Below the pieces are notes generated by a model. The model did not search any database, had not been told where the DNA came from, and was given only the letters and a program-made list of their open reading frames with translations. Both the position numbers and the translations under genes were made by a program. From sequence record OQ718158.1: a DNA stretch of 64,000 nt; one strand, written 5' to 3'. This stretch comes from Escherichia phage vB_Ec-M-J. Shown one piece after another: positions 57,850 to 64,000 of the stretch (its first letter is position 1; each line of letters opens with the position of its first letter).

Positions 57850-58245
57850 ATGATTACTAAATTCTACGCTACCCGTGAAGCTGCCCGTATTGTTGCACGC
57901 GAGGAAGGAGCAGCATTTAAAGACATGGGCAAAGATGCACCGAAAGGTCAACGCTGGGCCGTACAGTTCAAAGAAATCTCTGATATTGTGAATTCACCTG
58001 AGCCAGTACTGACAGCAGCAGAACTAAAACGAGCGGATATGCTGGCGGCAATACTTGACGCACAAGATGAGTTTATCGCTGATTCTGATATCAAAGTACA
58101 GGTAAACCACACCGCATGGACTCACGCGGATCACCTGGCAAACCTTAAGCGTCCAAGTGAACTGATTCGCAACCAGAAAGAGATCCGACACGACCGTAAG
58201 GGTAATCGTGTAACAGTATACAGTAAACGCCGCCAGGTTATCTAA
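57850..58245 (+). CDS. small early-type ORF, paralog of 45336..45602
   Basis: start set by paralog alignment; shared FYATREAARI...RKGNRVTVY; terminator follows. Confidence 0.6.
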   Translation: MITKFYATREAARIVAREEGAAFKDMGKDAPKGQRWAVQFKEISDIVNSPEPVLTAAELKRADMLAAILDAQDEFIADSDIKVQVNHTAWTHADHLANLKRPSELIRNQKEIRHDRKGNRVTVYSKRRQVI

Positions 58246-58267
58246 TAACTTGCAGTACTAACAACAC

Positions 58268-58292
58268 GGCGGGATCAGTTCCCGCCTTTTTT
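58268..58292 (+). terminator. rho-independent terminator
   Basis: GGCGGGATCAGTTCCCGCC then TTTTTT. Confidence 0.7.
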
Positions 58293-58306
58293 ATAGGACA
58301 AACAAC

Positions 58307-58561
58307 ATGATTAAGGTTCAACTATCAAACGATAATGTATTACGGGTACACTATAAAGCACCTCAGAGAATCATCACAAAGGCCGTACAGCTTGCTAATG
58401 AGTTTATTAATGGTAACCTATTACCTAGGAAGTTAAGCAACGGGAAACTGCGTGTAATCGACGTGGACACTAACAACAGGATAGTAATCGAGAACACAGG
58501 AAAGATAAACCTTTATGAGCATCAACAATACAATAAGAAAATAAAACTAATATCACGTTGA
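58307..58561 (+). CDS. small ORF (hypothetical)
   Basis: 84-aa track ORF; AGGA RBS. Confidence 0.5.
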   Translation: MIKVQLSNDNVLRVHYKAPQRIITKAVQLANEFINGNLLPRKLSNGKLRVIDVDTNNRIVIENTGKINLYEHQQYNKKIKLISR

Positions 58562-58614
58562 CAGTACTCAATTGTTTTAGTACTATGTACACATACCAAC
58601 ACGGGAGAAACAAA

Positions 58615-58833
58615 ATGAAATTATCTAAAATCGAAAAGAAAACTATTGATGAAGCAGTTAAGCACGGTTATACCTTTCGTAATGATTCACATTTTACCAA
58701 TTTTCAACAAGGGTATCGTACTATTAAAAAACTAATTGACAAAGGTTTATTAGTTGAAGTCAATAACGGTAACGGTATCGAGTATCAACCAACACAGGAC
58801 GCATTTTATTTTAAGAAATATAATATTATCTAA
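58615..58833 (+). CDS. small ORF, promoter-duplicate partner of 58891..59133
   Basis: track ORF trimmed to ATG; identical upstream TTGACA promoter block. Confidence 0.5.
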   Translation: MKLSKIEKKTIDEAVKHGYTFRNDSHFTNFQQGYRTIKKLIDKGLLVEVNNGNGIEYQPTQDAFYFKKYNII

Positions 58834-58890
58834 TTGACAGTACTCAAATGTTTTAGTACTATATGTACATACCAACACGGGGGAAACAAA

Positions 58891-59133
58891 ATGATTACTT
58901 TAGAAAAACGTATCAAAGAAACTACATCGCTGGTGGAACTGTTAACAGTACTCAAATGTAAAACAACACCATTCAGCACGCCGGACTTTATTAATATGGT
59001 TGATGTTAATGGTCGCTATCGTATCACGGTCGAACAAGGAGCGGCGAAAGTATTCAGTACTAAAAACACTAAGGAAGTGATCCACGCCGTTAATGTTAAA
59101 AAAGTAGTTGCCATTGATAGTAAAGTACTGTAA
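58891..59133 (+). CDS. small ORF, promoter-duplicate partner of 58615..58833
   Basis: track ORF trimmed to ATG after GGGGGAAAC. Confidence 0.5.
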   Translation: MITLEKRIKETTSLVELLTVLKCKTTPFSTPDFINMVDVNGRYRITVEQGAAKVFSTKNTKEVIHAVNVKKVVAIDSKVL

Positions 59134-59164
59134 TATAGTTTCATTAACTCAAGGAGAACATGCA

Positions 59165-59749
59165 ATGCGTAATTATACTAAATTCATCCGTACACTGTCA
59201 GAAATGGAAACCAACAAAGAGATCCTTTCAGCTTGTCGGTTAGCTGGACTGGAGATCATCGGTGCTGGTTCTTCCCGTATAGTATTCGCTTTAAATGATC
59301 GGTTAGTGATTAAGGTCGCGAATTGTGATGCGGGTGTAGAACAAAATGAAACTGAATGTAAGGTATGGAATTTTTTAGACTATGACCGCCCTCAGTTGAA
59401 ACAGTACTTTGCAAAGGTGCATATGCATTTATGCGATCCTGATAATATGTTTATCGTTATGGATCGGTTGAGTACTGCAAGTAAAGGCAGTGTGAAGCAC
59501 GTTAACGCGTGCAATGAATTAAAGTACAATATTAAACGTAATGCAATTGAACGCCAGCACCGCTTTGCTGATGCACTACAACACGTCGATGATACATTAT
59601 CAACACTAACGATAAGAGATATCAGAAAACAGAATATCGGCCAGGATCGTAATGGCCTTATTAAAGTACTTGATTACGGTTTAACCTGCAATATCTGGAA
59701 TCAGTACTATAAAAAGCGTGATGTGGCAGCAAGTAAGGTAACACGATAA
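59165..59749 (+). CDS. mini protein-kinase-like protein (putative)
   Basis: IGAGSSRIVF (Gly loop), VIKVA (Lys), IRDIRKQNIG (catalytic loop), KVLDYG (DFG-like); AAGGAG RBS. Confidence 0.5.
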   Translation: MRNYTKFIRTLSEMETNKEILSACRLAGLEIIGAGSSRIVFALNDRLVIKVANCDAGVEQNETECKVWNFLDYDRPQLKQYFAKVHMHLCDPDNMFIVMDRLSTASKGSVKHVNACNELKYNIKRNAIERQHRFADALQHVDDTLSTLTIRDIRKQNIGQDRNGLIKVLDYGLTCNIWNQYYKKRDVAASKVTR

Positions 59750-59763
59750 AAAAGATTAAAAAA

Positions 59764-59796
59764 GGGATTGACTCCGGTCAGTCCCTTTGCTATTAT
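59764..59796 (+). terminator. fused terminator-promoter module, UCCG-loop variant
   Basis: identical to module at 56489. Confidence 0.6.
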
Positions 59797-59973
59797 ATAT
59801 TCATTGAGAGATAACTCACTGACCCATAGGGTGCGGAAGTGTATCTATTATATAAGTATTCAGTACTGAAAACTATTTTAAAAAAAAGTACTTGCATTGT
59901 ACTTAGAATCAAGTATAATGTTTTATATCGAGAGGGGGAAATGGTTCTCCCTGGTATATTAAGGAATAAAATC

Positions 59974-60195
59974 ATGACTACAATGACTTGCATTTACGCT
60001 TCCAATCTTCTGAATGATGCGGCCTTTAATGTTGATTCAGAATATCAATGTTATCGGGATGAAAATAAAAAAGTTTTTGTAGTTGATAATAATGGTTTCC
60101 ATATTGAATTACAATCCGGCTTCACTGGCGTTGATGGTAAATCAGTATGGGGCGTACAGGATGATAAAGGTACATATCATTTTAAACGTAATTAA
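59974..60195 (+). CDS. small early-type ORF (hypothetical)
   Basis: track ORF trimmed to ATG after promoter and hairpin. Confidence 0.55.
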   Translation: MTTMTCIYASNLLNDAAFNVDSEYQCYRDENKKVFVVDNNGFHIELQSGFTGVDGKSVWGVQDDKGTYHFKRN

Positions 60196-60278
60196 GTATT
60201 GACAAAGTATCTTAGTACTGTATAATAGTTTACATCAAGGGGAGAATAGTTCTCCCCGATACTAAAAGGAATAAAATC

Positions 60279-60686
60279 ATGACTACTACTAATCAAGCTC
60301 GGTCCATCGCCAACGATAAAAATCATGCTGAAATGGTCGCTGGTTACATTGAAGCTATGCAATTCAGTACTGTACACAATGAGAACGGCGAATACCTGGA
60401 AGATTATGAATTATCAGAGCAAGCCCATCAAGCGGCAGTGATTGCATGTTCACGTTTCCTTGCTGTACATGGTGAAGATATGGAAACAGTACAAAAACAC
60501 CATAATCCTGATTATACTTATAGTCATGCGGGTCATGATCTCTTTCTTACTCGCGAAGGTCACGGCACTGGTTTTTGGGATCGTGATATCGGTCACTATG
60601 ATGATATATTCACTAAGTACTGCGAAGAAATCAACGTTTGCGATCCCTATGTAGGCGATGATAATCTAATCTATATGGGCGAATAA
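60279..60686 (+). CDS. small early-type ORF, His/Asp-rich
   Basis: 135-aa track ORF behind promoter and hairpin. Confidence 0.55.
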   Translation: MTTTNQARSIANDKNHAEMVAGYIEAMQFSTVHNENGEYLEDYELSEQAHQAAVIACSRFLAVHGEDMETVQKHHNPDYTYSHAGHDLFLTREGHGTGFWDRDIGHYDDIFTKYCEEINVCDPYVGDDNLIYMGE

Positions 60687-60773
60687 AAGTATTTGACAAA
60701 GTATATCAGTACTGTATAATAGTTTACATCAAGGGGAGAATAGTTCTCCCCACCAATAAAAGGAAACAAAATT

Positions 60774-61046
60774 ATGTCCAGCTACTCCGCTACTATGATC
60801 ATTAAAGATATGAACGGTAATCCTACTTCTGCTGGTGGATCATTTGGAAACATTAATTTAGATGGTCGGTTATCCATGCAATCAGCCATCGATGCAGCGA
60901 AAGAAGTTTTTAAGAATGAATGTACTGTAAGTAAGCTGGATTATATGGGATTCGCTATCGAAAAAACTAATCGTTTTGTGAACTACAAAAATCCACTGAT
61001 GATCGATACTAACCTGAAAGCAAACGAAGTGGGGTACTTATTATGA
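60774..61046 (+). CDS. small early-type ORF (hypothetical)
   Basis: behind promoter and hairpin. Confidence 0.55.
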   Translation: MSSYSATMIIKDMNGNPTSAGGSFGNINLDGRLSMQSAIDAAKEVFKNECTVSKLDYMGFAIEKTNRFVNYKNPLMIDTNLKANEVGYLL

Positions 61047-61234
61047 CAGTAGAAGAAGTTAAAAAAGTACTGGCAGTACTACGCTATCATAATCATTGCA
61101 AGGTGAAGAATGATCCTGATTATCTCGATTCATCCCTGGAAGAGGATACACTACAAGCAATAAGCCATATGCAAAAAATGCTTAAGCGTATGACCGAAAA
61201 GAATAGGCCGGACTATATCGGAAATAAAATTTAA
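61043..61234 (+). CDS. small ORF, translationally coupled
   Basis: ATGA overlap with upstream gene. Confidence 0.5.
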   Translation: MTVEEVKKVLAVLRYHNHCKVKNDPDYLDSSLEEDTLQAISHMQKMLKRMTEKNRPDYIGNKI

Positions 61235-61321
61235 AAAGTACTTGCATTGTAGTTAGATTAACGTATAATGTTTTATATCGAGAGGGGGAAATGGTTTCCC
61301 CTCAAGTCCAGGAGATACACC

Positions 61322-61585
61322 ATGAACACTATCGAAATCACTATCAATGCACACGTATACGACAACGTAGTACTGCAAACTACTATGACCGCTAATGATA
61401 CCAGTACTTTGCGGAATACTGTTATTAGTGCCGTATGTGCTGCAATCGGTGATGTCGCCCTGGAAAATGCAGAACACATCAACAACGGTTTCACTATGTG
61501 CAAACGTGATAACGCAAAACATATCATCGTAGAAGGTTACGGCGGTGTAGAATTTAATGTTTATATGAAAAAAGTACTTGCATAA
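61322..61585 (+). CDS. small early-type ORF (hypothetical)
   Basis: track ORF trimmed to ATG after promoter and hairpin. Confidence 0.55.
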   Translation: MNTIEITINAHVYDNVVLQTTMTANDTSTLRNTVISAVCAAIGDVALENAEHINNGFTMCKRDNAKHIIVEGYGGVEFNVYMKKVLA

Positions 61586-61652
61586 TAACTAAAACAAAGT
61601 ATAATGTTTTGCATAGGGGGAGATATCCTCCCCCACTAAAAGGAGTAATAAA

Positions 61653-61877
61653 ATGGCTAACTTTGATGAACTGATGCGGGAAGTAGCTAACCTGGCAGAA
61701 GAGAAGAAATCATTCGATTCTATCTATAACACCGCTCACCGTGATTCAGTACTGGCATGTAACCAGGATCAAAAAGATGAACTAATCGCCACCTATCATG
61801 AAGCATGGAAGTACTACCGACAATGGGAGAAAGAAGAAAGTGAGTCTACCATCGAAGGTATCAATAATCTAATCTAA
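61653..61877 (+). CDS. small early-type ORF (hypothetical)
   Basis: behind promoter and hairpin; AAGGAG RBS. Confidence 0.55.
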   Translation: MANFDELMREVANLAEEKKSFDSIYNTAHRDSVLACNQDQKDELIATYHEAWKYYRQWEKEESESTIEGINNLI

Positions 61878-61953
61878 AAGTTTTATTTCAGTACTATTGA
61901 CATAGCTTGATAGTACTGATGTAATAACTTTACTAACTACAAGGGGAAACATA

Positions 61954-62211
61954 ATGGATCAATTCACACAATATCGGGTAAATCCTCAATCTATGGCCTA
62001 CGTAGAAGACCATAAAACGTTACCAGTACTGCAACCAGTTAAAGGCCGTATCTATCGTGGCCTTGCCTGGGATACGGCCCAGGATGGATATAAAACCGTC
62101 GCCGTGGGGATGTATTGCGGGAATGGTGAATGGTTTGATCCTAACAATCCGATTGCACTTGACAGTACTGAAAAAATGAAATGGGCCGACTACATCGAAG
62201 ATATTTCATAA
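61954..62211 (+). CDS. small early-type ORF (hypothetical)
   Basis: behind class-B promoter. Confidence 0.55.
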   Translation: MDQFTQYRVNPQSMAYVEDHKTLPVLQPVKGRIYRGLAWDTAQDGYKTVAVGMYCGNGEWFDPNNPIALDSTEKMKWADYIEDIS

Positions 62212-62301
62212 AAACTATTTGACAGTACTAACCAGTAATGTATAATGTTTTACATAGAGCGGGGGAATAGTTCTCCCGCCAATAGTTTGGAGTTAAACAT
62301 T

Positions 62302-62502
62302 ATGTCTATCGCTATCGCCCTGGTTGAAGTACTGAAAGAAGCTAAAGCCAACCTTATCGATGTACAGATTAAGGAATTGCAAAACGGCTTAATCGGCTGT
62401 ACTTGTACCGCTGGTGGAGCGGCAGACTATCGAGAACACGAATCACTCGAATCACTGGTTCGGTATCTTACCATGATCGTTGATGATTGGAGAATCATCT
62501 AA
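62302..62502 (+). CDS. small early-type ORF (hypothetical)
   Basis: track ORF trimmed to ATG after promoter and hairpin. Confidence 0.5.
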   Translation: MSIAIALVEVLKEAKANLIDVQIKELQNGLIGCTCTAGGAADYREHESLESLVRYLTMIVDDWRII

Positions 62503-62519
62503 CAAAAAAGAATAAAAAA

Positions 62520-62552
62520 GGGATTGACTCCGGTCAGTCCCTTTGCTATTAT
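62520..62552 (+). terminator. fused terminator-promoter module, UCCG-loop variant
   Basis: identical to module at 56489. Confidence 0.6.
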
Positions 62553-62746
62553 ATACGCATAGACAAAAACTAGCCCACAGGGTGCATAAGTGTATCCAAA
62601 ATATATAGTTAATAACGGTGAGTAACTATCTGCTGGTGGAGTGAAAACTATTAATAAAAAAGTATTGACAAAGTATATCAGTACTGCAATAATGTATCTC
62701 GTAGGGCGGCAATGGTGCGACGGCCCACAAAGTTAGGAGCTTCAAA

Positions 62747-63079
62747 ATGACTACTTCAATCGCTATCGTTAAAGCTTTCATCCGTACTAATGTTTCCTCT
62801 GTATTCATCGACGGCCTCGACCGTAACGTAGAATACTCAATCATTATCGCACAAACGGCAAACGGTTCTCGGTACATCCTGAATGATAGTGAAGCAAATC
62901 ACTACTACTTCACTAAAGCCACTGGCTTTAAACGCATCGATGCTGATGTAGTATACGCTAAGATGAATAAGCTGGTAGATAAGATTAACGCTAAAGGTAC
63001 TATAGATTTACAGTACTGGACCGAAACCGATCCAGAATATGGATCTCACCGCTACCTGAATCCAGGTATTAAAATGTAA
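62747..63079 (+). CDS. small early-type ORF (hypothetical)
   Basis: 110-aa track ORF; AGGAG RBS. Confidence 0.55.
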   Translation: MTTSIAIVKAFIRTNVSSVFIDGLDRNVEYSIIIAQTANGSRYILNDSEANHYYFTKATGFKRIDADVVYAKMNKLVDKINAKGTIDLQYWTETDPEYGSHRYLNPGIKM

Positions 63080-63168
63080 AAAGTACTTGCATAGTACTTA
63101 GATTCATGTATAATGTTTTACATAGAGAGGGGGAAATGGTTCTCCCTCCTAAATTAAGGAGTTTTATC

Positions 63169-63570
63169 ATGACCTTCTCAATCACTTCCTTCGCTGACGT
63201 TTTAGTACTGGCTCGGACTTTTGGTAAAGATGCACTGGAGTACGCTGTAAGTAATGGCACTATCCAACCGGAACAGTGCCGCATCATTGGAAACTGCAAA
63301 CGTTGGGCGGTATCCAATACTATTGCACTGGAAAACTTCAACGATGGCAACAATGAATATTCTGTTGATGCAGTATTCGAAGCCGTAGACCTGGGCGGTA
63401 TCTATAACACTAACCTGAATGATGTGCGTATCGTTCGCACGGGGTTCGGTGCTTATGATGTATCTATCCGTGAAGCTATGGACAATGGATACATTAGCAA
63501 GGACTTACTTGCTCACATCATGCAGCTATGGACGGAACGTAACGAAGCACGCACTATCTTAGGGCTGTAA
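63169..63570 (+). CDS. small early-type ORF (hypothetical)
   Basis: track ORF trimmed to ATG after promoter and hairpin. Confidence 0.55.
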   Translation: MTFSITSFADVLVLARTFGKDALEYAVSNGTIQPEQCRIIGNCKRWAVSNTIALENFNDGNNEYSVDAVFEAVDLGGIYNTNLNDVRIVRTGFGAYDVSIREAMDNGYISKDLLAHIMQLWTERNEARTILGL

Positions 63571-63638
63571 GCGTTACACATCACTAAACATCATAGGCCG
63601 CTCTCTAGCGGCCTTAACTATATCAGGAGGGCATACAT

Positions 63639-63848
63639 ATGTTCTATACAGTATATAGCGTTATAGGCACTATTGCAGGCGTACATGATAACGTCGATAG
63701 TGCTATGCGTACAGTACTGCAACAGGTTCCACTTAAGCCTAAGACCATTAAGCAGATGACAGCACGACTAACCAGGGCGACGGCTGGCGTGGAAGTATGG
63801 CAGGACTATGGGGATACACAGATAATCGTAAGCGTAACGAAGGATTAA
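63639..63848 (+). CDS. small ORF (hypothetical)
   Basis: 69-aa track ORF; AGGAGG RBS; hairpin upstream. Confidence 0.5.
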   Translation: MFYTVYSVIGTIAGVHDNVDSAMRTVLQQVPLKPKTIKQMTARLTRATAGVEVWQDYGDTQIIVSVTKD

Positions 63849-64000
63849 TGCGTAAAAGGATTTAGTACTGAATCATAAAAAAGTCAAGGTATTTTTAAAC
63901 TTCAGCGTTAAAAAAATGCATAGGTAATCCCTTGACTTTTATGAATAAAAAGGGATTGGACTATGGCAAAATGCGTAGGGGGCTAAAGGGCGGGTAACCT

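Noticed and set aside
44178-63106. N-terminal extensions MFYIERGK..., MVLPGNEENK... and MYNVLHREGEMVLP... on track ORFs
   Set aside because: These read through the promoter (ATGTTTTACATCGAG) and hairpin. The real starts are internal ATGs with an RBS after the hairpin, so coordinates were trimmed.
44362-63353. Minus-strand ORFs in the early block (e.g. 44362..44670, 45305..45556, 47638..47823, 50020..50256, 52304..52634, 55300..55596, 57250..57519, 59793..59993, 60192..60377, 61253..61527, 62626..62877, 63069..63353)
   Set aside because: They are antisense to densely packed plus-strand genes. Their shared ends (PLDVKHYTL, KHYTVLKTNCKYF) are just the reverse translation of the conserved promoter, and they lack promoter or RBS context.
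63595-63614. Hairpin AGGCCGCT-CTCT-AGCGGCCT after 63169..63570 as a terminator
   Set aside because: No downstream T-run, so it may instead be a regulatory or RNA-stability hairpin; not called as a terminator.
1-64000. Integrated prophage or plasmid context
   Set aside because: No integrase, attachment-site-like tRNA, replication initiator or partition genes. Promoter and terminator density and DenV point to a lytic phage region.

Overview
The window reads as an accessory region of a large, AT-rich lytic phage genome, probably T-even-like; no integrase, rRNA, tRNA or CRISPR was recognised. The T-even-like call rests on a clear homolog of T4 endonuclease V (DenV), an HNH endonuclease, dense sigma70-type early promoters and two TATAAATA late-type motifs. 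The window has four parts. (1) 1-18.6 kb: about 45 small plus-strand genes separated by a recurring terminator/promoter module, including two tandem families of small membrane proteins (3 and 7 copies), denV, an HNH endonuclease, a putative nuclease, a P-loop ATPase and a mini kinase-like ORF. (2) 18.6-37.1 kb: a minus-strand array of 16 paralogous beta-propeller genes (15 RCC1-like, 1 Kelch-like), all starting with the same 12-residue leader MLPF(V/A)R(M/L)(F/V)(D/K)YGN and most carrying their own conserved hairpin/promoter/RBS cassette. This is the most striking candidate for an undescribed system. (3) 37.2-42.2 kb: a divergently transcribed plus-strand array of 22 paralogous ~60-aa proteins plus one 219-aa ORF. 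(4) 42.2-44.2 kb is a repeat-rich non-coding block, followed by about 55 small early-type ORFs to 64 kb, most behind a near-identical promoter and a GC-rich 5' hairpin. All calls are from reading the sequence and ORF track; no database search or folding was run. Hand-derived coordinates for ORFs shorter than the track threshold may be off by 1-2 nt.
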